64,000 nucleotides of DNA. It comes from Macrostomum lignano. Taxonomy: Eukaryota. Shown one piece after another: positions 51,603-64,000 of the stretch (position 1 is its first letter; the number at the start of each line of letters is the position of its first letter). Position numbers and translations under genes: made by a program. A model generated the notes under the pieces. That model saw nothing but the letters and a program-made list of their open reading frames with translations. It was not told the origin of the DNA and made no database searches. Location: NCBI GenBank assembly GCA_002269645.1, contig NIVC01000632.1:62001-126000 (forward strand), in the 5' to 3' direction.

Positions 51603-52269
51603 GTGGTCCACTGGTGGTCCGGTGGTAATTGCCCGTAAGCGTGAGCCTTTACGGGGTCCGCTCCTTTGCACTCTCCCCCCTGCTCTGGCCGCTTTGTACT
51701 CCGTGCGTACTCTCTGTCCCTCCGTCGCGCCCCCTCCGTCGCGCTTATCTATAAGTTTATTTCCGATCGCTTGTTTAACTCAATAAATCGTTTTATTGTC
51801 CCACGTCTATAGGGCTCTTTTGCTCGTCTGTGTGCCTCGTTCCCCCAAGTTCGCGTCCCTCTGGCTTCGTGCTCCGACCGTGGAGTTAATCTGTATAATC
51901 TGTATAAGCGTATCAACATAAAGTCATTCATGTTGAATGAATAATCAATCATTCTGATGAAAACTTGCAACTCGAGATTTTTCTTGCAATAGTGTCGGAG
52001 AACGTCAGTAAAGATTGTTTGAGCACAGCATCGAACTAAGGGTACTCAAAAACTTGAACTAACTACGTGATCGACGGTCTCTTCAAATGATGAAGTGCTG
52101 CGAAAATCCGTTTTTTTGTAGCATATTTACTAGTTATGTTTTTTTCTAGAAAATGACTTGCTCTTTCAGTCACAGGGTTGCTCACATTGACATTGAATTG
52201 ATCCCGTCTGGCTGACATAAGGGCGACGGAACTTCTGTCAGCAGTATGTCTTGCTGTTTGATTCCCGGT

Positions 52270-52480
52270 AGAGAGCGGCGCTGTTCCAGGCGTTGATCGA
52301 GACCGTCCTGATGTACAACGCCGAGAACAGCAAGCTGACACACCGCCTTCAAGATCAAATCCAGTGAGTTACCATCACGACACCAGTTGTACAACACTCG
52401 GCCAGTGCAAGAGCTGCTGCTAATGTTGTAGACGCCCAGGATTCGGTCGGCTGGGGCGGTCTTTGTTCGAGCTCTAGCAC
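52270..52480 (+). mobile_element. RTE-clade LINE relic
   Basis: RAALFQALIETVLMYNAENSKLTHRLQDQI matches the post-RT motif LF.A.V..VLLY..E...LT......D. Confidence 0.6.
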
Positions 52481-52829
52481 TGGGTCACGGCCTGTAACGC
52501 AGCTATTGATTTAATTAATACCCTATGACAGCGTATTTTGTTTTTGTTTTTGTTGTTTTTATCGTATAAGTCTCCAAAAAATTAAGACGTATAAATCTCC
52601 ACAGCCACCCGGAAAAAAAGCAGAACGAGGACAGAACAAAGAACTAGCAAAAACAGAAACAAGGGCACATTTCCCTCCTAAAGCAAAGACAAAAACCGCG
52701 AGCAAAAATAAAAAAATAGCAAGAGTCTCTGGCAATTGAGTAAAGAAAAATAACTATTCGAAAAAGCGCCAGCACCGAAGCTTCCAATTTTTGAGTTGCA
52801 AAAAACGCCGCATCGTCTTTAAAAAGGTA

Positions 52830-53120
52830 TCAGCTGTTCACCACATCGCTGCGCCAGCTGCCCATGCGCTGGACGGGCGACTGGTGGACATTCAGGCCGG
52901 CCCGGGCTGCCCAAGTATCCGAAGCTCTTTGCAAGCCGTGCACTGAGTACCCGGCCGCACTGATGCCCACCTTGCCGAGCCAGGATTTAAGCTGAGTTTG
53001 CAAGACGTCAAAGCCTGGTGTTCTGATTAGCAATTGGCGAAATAAAACAGACCCTGCTGCGACAGCCTCAGACAACTGCAGCGGATGTGGGCGTGCACTG
53101 CTATGCGTCCCTGTCAAACT
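52830..53120 (-). mobile_element. Tyrosine-recombinase C-terminal relic
   Basis: LKSWLGKVGISAAGYSVHGLQRASDTWAARAG..VQRMGSWRSDVVNS matches the YS.HS.RRG.AT.A..AG...I...G.W.SD...Y pattern of DIRS/Ngaro/Crypton recombinases, with decayed catalytic residues. Confidence 0.75.
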
Positions 53121-54114
53121 GGTTGGTTTTCCAACCAGCAAGTAAGCAGCAGACCTACATGTACTTTGTACTGTGACATTGAGCTCAAACGCAGCACACG
53201 TCAGCGCGAATCGCTGGCAGCAGGCTGGACTTCCTGAACATTCCCCACCAAGCGCACAAAATTCCCCCTCACCATGCCACCTGCAAATGGTTTGAGCAGT
53301 CAATTCGATTGTGCAGTGCAGGATCTCCGATAACGCTGCAGCGCGAATCAGTGCCGCCCTGAGGTCGCGCTTGGCCCTATCTCCGGACGAAACGACTCAC
53401 CGGACGGAATCACTCACTGGACGAAAGCTCCAAAATTTAGCTAAAGCAATAAAACCGTGTTCAAAACTCAACCTTTGACGTTATTTGAGTTCTGCGATCT
53501 AGTCAGCATTTCTCGCAGTGCCAAAGGTTCCACAAATGATAAAATCTGGTCTGATATTAAAGTAACGTTACTATGTATTGCAGAAAAGTACGTGGAGAAA
53601 AAGAAAATAATATCGAGGCAATACCTGGAGCTCATGATGAGATGGAGAGAGACCAAAATCCTGACAGCAAGGGCTACACAACGGCGATGGTAAATACAAT
53701 GATTTAGTAAACTAACTTGCAACAGCGCGAATAGAGCAAGAAATACAATTCAAAAACAAAAAAAAACTATTGGTTCTCTGCGGCATTCAAGCAGTCACAA
53801 CTGGGGTAGTTTTGCTAGGCAGAAATACACTGAGGATATGGGACAAATAGACATTTATCATTAAAGCTGTATCAGGTCTAGACAAAGGTACGCTCGTATA
53901 ATATTATTGCAATAAGTCCAACTCTATTAAAAATAAAAGGAAGGTTGCTTTTGAAGCAGCTTGTATCAGCAAAAAATATAAATTCGACGATTTTTTACCA
54001 TTCTAAAAAGTCTGTATTTAAACGATGCAATCCTGATCAGCACGAGACCTCAAGTTAAGCAACCTCGAGCATTTGCTGTTCCATCAGTTATTCACTGCTG
54101 TTCGGTAGGTGCTC

Positions 54115-57100
54115 TCAATGAACCGAGATGGAGACCTCAGGTGCTGCAATGTCTGTCATTTTGTCTGTCATTTCAACCTCAGTGGCTGAGTCGTCAGCTT
54201 TCATCTCGCCGCTGTCTTGCTGCTCAGCGTTGCCAGTCGCAGGCCCTGACGGCTGGGCGGGCTGCTCTGTACGTCGAGTCGCTGCCACCAGGTAGACCAG
54301 CAGCTCAATCAGCTCACACGCGGTAAGAACTGAGATGCCGGACCAGAGACCGAGAGCGCCTAAAAAATGCTTACATATTAGCCATTGTTCGGAACTGCAA
54401 ATGACAGCATAACACGGTAGCTTTGAAATGCTCACCGCCAAGGTCGGCCAGCAGATTCTTGATGGTGTAAGAAGGCTCTTCCGTCATCTCCTGTCCGAAG
54501 TCGCTGACCGGCTTGATTGACACCTTGACCAGGCTCTCCTGCAAAACTTCCAGCTTGTTTCTAAAATCGAGCAGCTCAGAGGCCGAGAGCATCGTTGAGC
54601 GGTTGTACATTTCGCTACTCCGGATGTCCAGGTAGAACAGATTCGCGATGCCTTTGGAGAACAGGAAGTTGTAGGGGTAGGACCAGTCCCCTTGGCTGTT
54701 CTGCATGAAGTCCACCGCTGTCTCGATGGTCAGGCCGGGCCACGGGTAGGTGATGGGTCGGAAAGTGTAGAAGCGAGTGTTGCACATCGTTAGGCAGACC
54801 TGGCGGGCTTCCATTTCGTAACGCGATATTGAGCTCATTCGCTCTGTGTAACACTTCTCCATCCTCTTGATGCTCTCCATGTCTGTCTGGTTGAAGCAGT
54901 AGGTGTAGTTCTGGAAGAGCTGCACCGAAACAGGAAGAAACGAGGGCAGACAGCCGCAGTGTTCGATGAACTTCTTCACCGCGTACAGGTTGACGCAGTC
55001 GCGCTGATCTTGCATCTCGAATGTCAAGTTTTCGCTCATCGGACTGCTGCAAGTCGCAATGGAATAATTTTAAGCAGAAAAGGGCAAAGCGAAAGCTGAG
55101 AGCAGCAATGCCCTGCAAGAGAGGAACTTACATGCTGCTATTTACAGTCCTCAGCCGGCCTCGTAAAGTCTGGAGCTTTGCTGACCAGTTCAGTGAGGAA
55201 ATTGTAGTCGTCATATTGAATGAATCTCTGGAGATTTTAATTCAAGACGTTTTTGCTCTGCTTGTCAGTTCAAAGGCTATGCAATGCTAAACAGAAAATT
55301 CAAGCTCACAACTCAGGACTTGAGTAGTTCCAGCTGGTGCGCCACGAGGGAATCCGGTAGACTGTGGGCCCCGCGGGCGGACGGCACTCCTGCGTTGGAG
55401 GCTTCGAATACCTGTTCAGCTTGTCGAAGCGAATGTTCAGCTGCAGGTGCTGGCCCGGGCTGGCGGTGATGGCGTTTTCTCGCCAGGGAAACTGGCCCTT
55501 AGGAACCAGAATCACCTGGAGGGTTTCGGGCTGCCAATATTCATTTCAATTAGAAGTAACTGGTCTGGAACAAACCATAAGCCCCTGTTGTAGTTACTTG
55601 CTATTGCGGAAACGTTTTTCTCGCTCTATACTCCATTTTCTGAGTCATGAGCGCCCTGCCCACCATTTCTAGTCTAGTTCGTTAATATTGTGAGGTTGCG
55701 TTTGATTTGTGGAGTTGGGGTGGGGGCTGCTCTGTCAGTTGGCAGGGCGCGTTGCACTGTGGGTCTGGTTGGGGGGGGGGGGTTGGCGGGCGTGGCAGGG
55801 TCTGGCCGCCGGCCGGGCTTTGCGCGTGCCCCTCCCCAGCCGTGCCCCTGCCCCGTGCTCAGGGCTGGTTGGCTGCGGCCGGGCCAGCTTTGGCGCGGGT
55901 GCGGCCCCTCCCCCCTAGGCGGGGTTTTGATTGGCTGGCCGGCGCGGTCAGTCTCTATTTTGTTGGGGTAGCTTGTTTGGTTGGGCTTAGCCGGTGGGGC
56001 CATCTGCCCCAGGGTTTGATTATTATTTAATGCGGCTCTGGGCCTTGCTCACGCCCTTCGCTCGGTTTGCTCTGTTTGCTCTGTTTGTTCTGTTTGTTCT
56101 GTTCGTGCTGTTTTGTGTTTTGAATTGGTGTGCTCGGAGAGTACAAGTGCGAGACTAGACCGTTAAACAGCAATTCTAGCTATTGAATACGAGAAAAGAA
56201 ACAGAAGAGCCTTGAGAAGAATCTTGGAAGTTAGAACCTGCACGAGCGAATCAATAAACGTAACGGCGATTTGGCCACTGGTAAGCCGCCTGCTGCTTGA
56301 GTTCGTTCTTTTCTGGGAGCTTGTTAGGCCGAGTTCTTGCCAGAGCGTCATAACGCCGGGAGATCATATAGCTTTTTGTAGTATTGTACCGTCTACTCTA
56401 TATAGTGTGTACAACCTACAGTATTTAGACTAGAAGCACTCGAGAGTGTCACCACACCCCGAGCCGCAGCGTGAACTCTGAGTGTCACAACACCAGAGGG
56501 ATCGAACAATTATCGCAGAGCGTCGTCACGCCTGCTCGTATCCATAAAAGTACAGACAGAGCGTCACTACGCCTGTATCTTACGTATAATATATATTGTA
56601 CTCGGGACTGGGCACCCAAACCGACCCGGGTTACAACACTTGCATCTCGCTTTACTCTGTGCATGCCACCACCCCAGTTGGGTGAGTCCTTTTATAACCT
56701 TTCTATCGCGGACTATTATAATCGCTCCCCAGTTATCGTGCATGCCAAATATACTTCGTGAGTTGACTCTAAATTCTCGGCTCTTACAATATTTTTATAT
56801 CTCTATTCAGGCAGTACTATTTAAGCGGCTTACGCAAGTTTGCCGAAAGTTTTGGGACAAAGTTCTTGCCTTCATGGCGCTCAGCGTGTCGTCATTCGCG
56901 TCGACCAGTCCGGGAAAAATCACTTTGGCCATCCGGCTCAGACCGGGCAGCCGCCGGCCCTTGGAGTCTGTAGAGTCGGTGAAGTAATTAAAAGACAGCA
57001 ACGATTCCGTGGCCTTGAGATCTTTGGTGAGCCCGACGAACTTTTCCTGGTTGAACCGGTGGCACAGTCCGAGCTCCGGGTGCAGCAGGGTGGTGAAGTC

Positions 57101-60100
57101 CTCCATTGTGCAGGCCTGGTTGCCGAAAGAGCAGCCGGTGAAGCCGATGCCGATGCTGCTGCCGAACCGGCTGGCCAGCAGGGCGTTGCCCACCTGGTCC
57201 CGCACCAGGCCGGGGATGCTCTGCGTCACTCGGGCTGGCGTAAGAGATTTTGGTTGCGGCAGCGTCTCAGGATCAGTTCGAATCAATCACGAAATTGAAT
57301 AAGGCTTTGAACCTAGCCATGAGCTTTGGGGCTCAGTAGTTCGGCGGCTACCGTGTCTGACTCTCGCGCCAGAGTACCCAGATTTGATTCCGTGTGCCAA
57401 CCCCAGGGCACAGAATGTTCTACCGCCTGACGATTAGACAAGCAGGGCTGCTGTGCACCCTGTGTGAGCGTGTGCATGCTCAGGGGTCAGCGGTATGGAC
57501 ATGACTGCTTGCGTTCACTCTGGCTGTCTCCTTGATTAGCGGCAGTGCCCAGCGCCTTACTGAATACTCACTAAATCCATGAAGATTTAAAGGCTTGTAA
57601 CGACCTTGACTTGGCTTGAAAAGACTTGTATCGATCAACCTTGAATGGAATCCCGCCTTTCTAGCAAATTAAATCAATAAAACCACTCACAGCAGGCGTC
57701 CACTCTGCAGGCGCCCAGGATCGCACTTCTCTGGTTGATCATGACGAAGCAGACAGGAGTATCGGATTTGACAATCTGGTGACGGCTGGGTGTGTGGGGA
57801 ACTTGTGACTTTCGCAATTTTTTAAATAATGAAATGTCGTGCATCCAATGAAAGAAAAAAGACATGTAAAGCTATTAAATATTGGTATAACATTAAGAAA
57901 TGTATTGAATGTAATAGGGGCGTCCTAGCCTAGTGGTTAAAGCGTCGGTTTCACGACTGAACGGTCGGGAGATCGATTCTCTACAGATTCGAAATAATTG
58001 GTGTCATTGAGCAGGAAATTTAACTTTGTATTGCTTCAGTTCACCCAGCTGTAAAATGGTAGCCAACAGCTGGGGTAACTAAGGGTGTGTGTGGCGACCC
58101 TCAAGTCTTTGGACTCAACAGCCGCATGCAGCCTTCAGATTCGCCGGCAATAGCTGCGGCTGAGCTATTGGTTGCACATCTGCCCATTAACGCGGATTCA
58201 ATTTATTATTATTATTGGTATGGAGTGTGGAAAATTCAACTAATCTAAGCTAGCAGATTCGCAATTTTGTCTCTTTAGACTTACTCGGGCAAGGTCTTAC
58301 TTAAGGAACATTTAATGGCCTTAAATGTTGTAAAGAAAATTGCTGGTGACAGAGCTCTGCTTCCTGTTCGAATTTCTAGTTCTAGACCTTCATATCTGGA
58401 TTCTGTGTGCTCAAAACGACAGTTGAGTCTGGACTGGGAACCTCTACTGACAATCGCGATACTCCAAGAACGCCCGTCAATACTTACATAAAGTAGTACC
58501 CATCAGATCTGCCGGTCTTATAGACGAAGGCATCAATAACCACCCTGGCAGCCCGGCAGAAGTTTCCCGTGTTGTTCGTGTACAAGCTGTAGTCCGGAGT
58601 CTCAACGTACATTTTTTTTATTTCAACTGCGAAAGTTGTAAAATTTTTGTGGCTTTGCTGTATAATAAAATTTCTGTCCATTGAGTTTAGTTGAGTTGGA
58701 GAGTAACTGAAATAGATTGAAATACTCCTGACCCGCTGGGTGCATAACGGTGTACCGCTTGTAAAGTGTTATATCTCATCTTTGAAACGCTAAAAAGTTG
58801 ACGATTGAGTCAGCAACGCCGCACTCAACCGTCACGCCGACCTGACCCAAGTGACCTGCTTCGGCGGCGCCCAGCACTGATTGTGGTGGTTGTTGGTTTT
58901 TGTGTTTTTGTAGATGAGGCTGTTTTTTCCGGTGGTTTCTTGCAGAAAACCTCCAGTGGTGCAGAGTTTTTCTAAAGTCACTTATACATTTCTAGTGCGC
59001 ACTGTCAGTAGCACTCTAATTATTTTTTCTGAACACGTCTTGCAATAAAAACTTACTCATTCTCACATCGTAGGAAAGCAATCTGAAACTTAATTTGAAA
59101 GAATTCCACTGGCCTAAAAATGTGGTTTCTAAATCAGACCAGTTGAGGCAGTTGTCGCGAGTCTTGGTCTTGGATCTGTGGCCGGTGTAGCGTAGGTACT
59201 GCGAATCACTGATGGAGCCATCGTTGCTGCTGGATAGACAGTCGAAGGATGAGGAAATGGCTGTGGGAATGCGGAAAACAAGTCATGAAGTTAAAACAAT
59301 GCCGTCTTGCTGCAATTGTTGAATTAGTTTTAATTTTTGACCTTTTGTAGCTAGCTGTCGGATTGCAACAAAGGACTTAAGTAGCTCAGAGTAGTCGCTC
59401 CTTCAACGCTAAGAAATATCTGCTTGATATGACCAAAACTATTGGCGCTCAACAGGTAAACTAGAAAAAGTAGCTTTTGGTCACTTGTAGTTTCTTGTAT
59501 AAGGCCAGAGTATCAAAGCTTTGAGGCCTGGCAAGTATTTGGTCAAGGGCTAAAGGTCGAATCGATCATCAATATGGGTGGGGGCACAGCCTAGTGGTCT
59601 AGTGGGGCGCTCTGATGTATCAGTGGCTCGGTATCGATTCCAGGTACAGTCACACTACGACGTCTACGACTACGACGAGGCTAAATTGAATTCTCGGCTT
59701 AGCTCTGCTCGTGCAATTAACGCCCTTAATGAACAACCCCCAAGGCTCAGGGAAGTTTACGTGCCTAACGATAAATAAAGTTAGGGCCCATTTACACTCC
59801 TGTGTGAGTGTGTGCCTGCGTACGTAGCCACGCGCTTGTTTGCCTGCTCAGTGGAGTCGGCGGAATGGGCAGTAATGCCTCTCGCCGGTTGTGTGCCTAT
59901 GCTATTAATATAAGGACTGTTGAGTCGATTACAAAAATTGTTGAAAATTTTTGTAATTACAAAGTTTAATTAATTAGCAGTTTTACAAAAACTGCTGAAA
60001 ACTTATTGCTCGTAATTGTATTGCTAATTTTATATACTGAGAAGTTGTAACTGTAATGACTGAAAAATTAACAAATTCCCAGGTAAAAACAGCGGTGCTC

Positions 60101-62072
60101 ACGGCAGTAAGGCACATTGCAGTAGGTGGCACCCAGGCGGCCCCCAGCGGCTCTGTAGAAGCAGTAGGGCCCGACTCTGAGGCTGTCTAATGCGGGGCTG
60201 AACGGGATGAACAGAGGCTTGGGGTCTGCAGGTGAGAAATCGAAATAGTAAAGTTAATCAATGCCTGCGCATGCCAGAGCATCGAATGCATTAAAAAACA
60301 ACGCTCGTATTGTAATTAACTATTACATGTGCATTGGGTGCATTGCGCAAGTGTCTTCTGTAGGACTAGATACGCCGTTGTAAGGTGCTAAGGTGTGACA
60401 GCTAACATCACAGACGGCAGGGCAAACTGCAGCTCAGCCTTAGCAAATGAGCCATAATGCCACGCACATACAGAATATGAAATGATTCAGGAAAGCTTAG
60501 CAGGACTGCTTTATCTCCAACTTAAAATGTCTTGAAAAGAGTGACACAATTTTAATCGATGGAAGGTCGTGTTCATTTTGCGCACTGACAACTGGATTGC
60601 ACAAACGCACTCGTGACGCTCACCCAGACTCCGCACCAGATAGACGCTGAGCGCTCTCTCGCCTCCGCAGATCTCCTTAGCATCTCCTGGGCAGCGAACT
60701 CCGCACGCAGAGTTCTTATGCTTGAGGCTATCGTTGCCAGGCAGCTCGTTGCCGCAGTAGCAGGTGTCGCCAGCCAGCAGGCTCATGTAGCTGTAGGCAG
60801 CGTTGTAGCAGCACTCTGCGCACAGGCCGAGCCGGAGCTGGTCAAACATGAAGCCGCTCAGGCACTTGTGCTGCCGCAGCCCTGTGCCTTCTGCGTCGCT
60901 TGCGGGCAAGCAACCGACGTAAGTTTGCAGCGGACCTGCATTTGAACACCCGGTTGCAGAAATCCGCTTTCAGTTCAGTAGCAAGGAATAATGCGTGAGC
61001 TATTGTTGACGAGACGTACCGGTAAATATCTTAGCGAGACTAAAATATATTAGTGAAGCTGTACGTAATTTATGAGTACGTCAGACAGCACAACTAAAAA
61101 TATGCAAAGAGGCTTGAGGCTGGAACACCAAAGCAGACAATGGAGATTGGGCGGTGAGGCTGGGATTGGAGGGGTTAAGCTGGGAGGTAGGAATGTGAGT
61201 TTTCATTCAAAGAAGGAATTGCCCTTTTTATTGCTGCGCCGCACGGAACTAAGACGCACGAAATTCGAGGACACGTCAAATTTTTGCTGCGCACCTTCCT
61301 AAGCAAGAATCAAGTCGCCAGCCCTTCGGACCGTCGAGATATTCAACGAGTTAGCCTAATACTCGGATACTCGAACTTTGTCACCTGGTGTCATCTGCTG
61401 AAACGCCGACAGCTTTGGGGGATGACTGAAGTTCTTGTGAACTTTGTTGAGGATACCCAGCAGTGAGATACGCACTGGCACTTATGGAAAAATCCAAGTG
61501 TCTGGGTGAATCGTTGAATATCTCGACGTTCCGAAGGGCTGGCGTCTTGATTCTTCTTTGAGAAGGTGCGCAGGAAAACGTTGGCCTGCATTTTGTGAGC
61601 CTGAGTTGCTCTATGTCTGTTCAGGAGCACCGTCGTGTCCAAAAGAACATTAAAATGCTTCAAATGAACAACGCACCAATCTATTTATTAGCATATCCGT
61701 GATACAAGTAGAACTTTTAAAATGCCATCTCTTGCCACTCACGCGTCGCATTGTCGTGGAAGGCGGTGAGCGGCAGGCCGGTTGGCTGCCTACAGCTGCG
61801 GTGGCTGTCGGCGAAGCCAGCGGCGAGGATTCTTCCAGCCAGCTGGCGCAGTCCGGCCGCCTGCAGCTCCCTGGCGGCCTCATTCCAGCCGATGCAGTCG
61901 CTGTAGCTCACATGGGGCGGCTGGTCTTTCCACTGGAAACGTGTATAATAAAAAAACAGAAAGTACATTTTTATTTTTGCAACAATGATGGAAGCATTAA
62001 ACACGGGCACCCGGGACAGGTTGCCGCGGTACTCTTCTCCATCCGGAGTTATTCGGCACACGTTCAAAGGCA
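54115..62072 (-). CDS. DEG/ENaC channel with kringle-WSC-kringle insert, paralog B (5'-partial; TM1 exon not found in the window)
   Basis: Exons 62072-61743, 60935-60624, 60225-60103, 59260-59057, 58626-58488, 57785-57691, 57234-56870 (GC donor), 55515-55310, 55227-55132, 55046-54436 and 54359-54115. Phases are consistent and intron positions match paralog A. TM2 reads LLADLGGALGLWSGISVLTACELIE. Confidence 0.88.
57916..58191 (+). mobile_element. tRNA-derived SINE family A, copy 2
   Basis: Matches 34812-35083. Confidence 0.8.
59577..59905 (+). mobile_element. SINE family B copy
   Basis: tRNA-like head (TAGTGGTCTAG, TCGATTCC); body matches 48282-48643. Confidence 0.82.
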
Positions 62073-62979
62073 CTGCAACGGAAGAGGGGTCGAATTTGAT
62101 AAAATAAAGACTGCCAGAGCTCGGACTAGGTCCCGTCCCGAGTTCTGACGTAAACCCCGTGTACCGACACAGAAACCCGCACTCAGGGACTACTAAATAC
62201 TCCTGATGCTTGCCCCCACTGTTCGGGACAAGCCTGGACGAAAATTACCAGTCGGAAGTTTTTTGAAAAATGACTTTTCAGGCAGTCTGCAAATCTCTGA
62301 AGTTGTCCAAGATGGCAGGATGAAACAGCAACGAACGTGTCTCAAATGAAACTCAAACTTGTGTTGTCAGCTGCGCTTTACAATGCCCTTATAGCCCGAC
62401 CCTTTCGCTCTCCGCCTCTCCTCTCCCTGCCGCTGGCTCATTCTAGACTGCCCCTGTCTGAAGTTGCCATTCTTGTTTTCGTTTAAGATGTCTCGTAGTT
62501 TGTATTTAAATTGGCTGCCCCTTTCAGTTCCTCTCTCGTTTCGGCCAGTCCAATCATGTCTCTGGATTGGCTTCCCCCTCTCTTTCTTTTGCCCTTCAAC
62601 TCGGTGAGTTTTGCCCCCCCCCTTAGCCCGCGTGGCTAAGCCCCACCCAGCCCCCGCTCTCACTGAGTGCTGCAGTGTTTATGCGCGCGCACGGCCCTTG
62701 CCCGGCTCTCACCTCCCTCTTGCAGGATTGTAGGAGTGTCAGTACGCTCCCGGCCCATCCACTTCCGCCCCGCAGTGTTTGTGCGCCTAGGGGTCCCCTC
62801 CTATCACACTCGGCAGGCTCTAGACAGTCCATGCAGTACCCGAACCCCAATCACCCCGTCTGCGGTCCGCACGGATGGTAGCGGAAACTACAACACTGGC
62901 TCTATTTGCAAGCTGAAAGTCTAAGACTGAAAACTTCGACATTGAAGTTGCAGCGAAAACCAGTCTCCAGCGAAATCTG

Positions 62980-63903
62980 GGGGGTCTTTCTCGAAAGCAA
63001 CTTACGATCGACCATAGACGTAAGTTGGGTAAGCTACACTAACGGGTTGCTCGAAGGGCTCGCAAGTTAGCTATGCGTAAGATTGATCGCAACTTTACGA
63101 GTTCGTAACTTTGCGCAAAAGACTGTTTCTCAAAACGTTCGTATGTCTATGGTCTTTCGTAAGGTTGATCTTAACCCTACGACTGCTCGGTATCAGTCGT
63201 AAGACGCACTTAAGCACTAATCGCATAGTACGTGAAGCTTTAGTCAAGCCAAGTCAAGTTAAACTTTATCGAAGGTGGGTCTTTCTCGGAAGCAACTTAC
63301 GACAGACTAAGTAAAGATATTTGCAGATTTAAGACCATAGACATGCAACTTTTCGTTTCAGATACGACTTACGAACAGCGTAAGCCCATGGATGAATGAA
63401 TAGAATGGATTGCTATTCTGGCTCTGGCTATTTTCGTTTTTGACTCTTTTGCATCCGGTTCCCCCCCGTGCCTTTTCATTGGTTGATGATTGCCATAGAC
63501 AATTTTCGGCCTTCGCCCCTTTCTTTCGATGCACAAGCGAAAAGAACTGAGAATGTCAGTTACTTGCAGAGAATATCGAGCGCTCGTAGGTCTTCCCCCT
63601 TTATTTCAAAACACGAGCGAAAGCGCTTGTGCATCGAAAGAAAGGGGCGAAGGCCGAAAATTGTCTATGGCAATCATCAACCAATGAAAAGGCACGGGGG
63701 GGAACCGGATGCAAAAGAGTCAAAAACGAAAATAGCCAGAGCCAGAACAGCAATCCATTCTATTCACCCATCCATGCGTAAGCCACGCAAAGTCTAAGTG
63801 AGTTTTGAGAAAGCGTCTTACGAGCAAACTTACGCTACACGTAAATTTCTTTCTTACGATCTAACTTACCATAGAACTTACGTGAGTTTCGAGAAACACC
63901 CCC
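62980..63903. mobile_element. PIF/Harbinger-like MITE
   Basis: TIRs GGGGGTCTTTCTCGAAA ... TTTCGAGAAACACCCCC; 3-bp TSD CTG at 62977-62979 and 63904-63906. Confidence 0.7.
63387..63776. mobile_element. hAT-like palindromic MITE nested in the Harbinger-like MITE
   Basis: About 150-bp near-perfect TIRs starting CATGGA; exact 8-bp TSD CGTAAGCC at 63379-63386 and 63777-63784. Confidence 0.88.
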
Positions 63904-64000
63904 CTGAACTACCTCGTATTTTCGAGTGTTGCGTCCTTCGAGTTTAGTTGTCTATGGTTCAGGAATCCTCGTGTCCATTATTTCTTACTTCGTATTTTCA

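Noticed and set aside
53457-53693. LINE endonuclease-RT linker fragment
   Set aside because: Only a weak W..IK..L...AE..V resemblance; too little to call.
56445-56638. Solo LTR (TGTCAC...TACAACA)
   Set aside because: The termini are suggestive, but there is no TSD, no second copy and no internal domain in the window.
62073-64000. First (TM1) exon of channel paralog B
   Set aside because: No HG-motif or TM1 coding sequence was found on the minus strand; it probably lies beyond the window.

Overview
Eukaryotic (metazoan) genomic DNA: spliceosomal introns, GC-rich exons, and introns packed with micro- and minisatellites. The style suggests a flatworm such as Macrostomum, but that is inference only. 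(1) 1-26.6 kb is non-genic. It holds a Merlin transposase relic and three head-to-tail Helitron-like non-autonomous units (3707-21880) carrying two related 23-bp satellites, one expanded to about 10 kb. It also holds a foldback/MULE-type MITE with a 9-bp TSD and a CpG-poor AT-rich block. (2) 26677-38529 (+) is a complete 11-exon ECM29/ECPAS proteasome adaptor gene (about 1813 aa); 8 of its 10 introns contain tandem repeats, and intron 5 holds a Penelope-like relic with a hammerhead ribozyme motif. (3) Two convergent paralogous DEG/ENaC channel genes, 42081-50601 (+) and 62072-54115 (-, first exon not in the window). Their ectodomains carry an unusual insert: a kringle-like domain split by a nested WSC domain, followed by a second kringle-like domain. 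This is the most interesting signal in the window. SINEs, LINE and tyrosine-recombinase relics, and nested MITEs fill the rest. All gene models were built by hand from splice signals and reading-frame phase; no database search was run.
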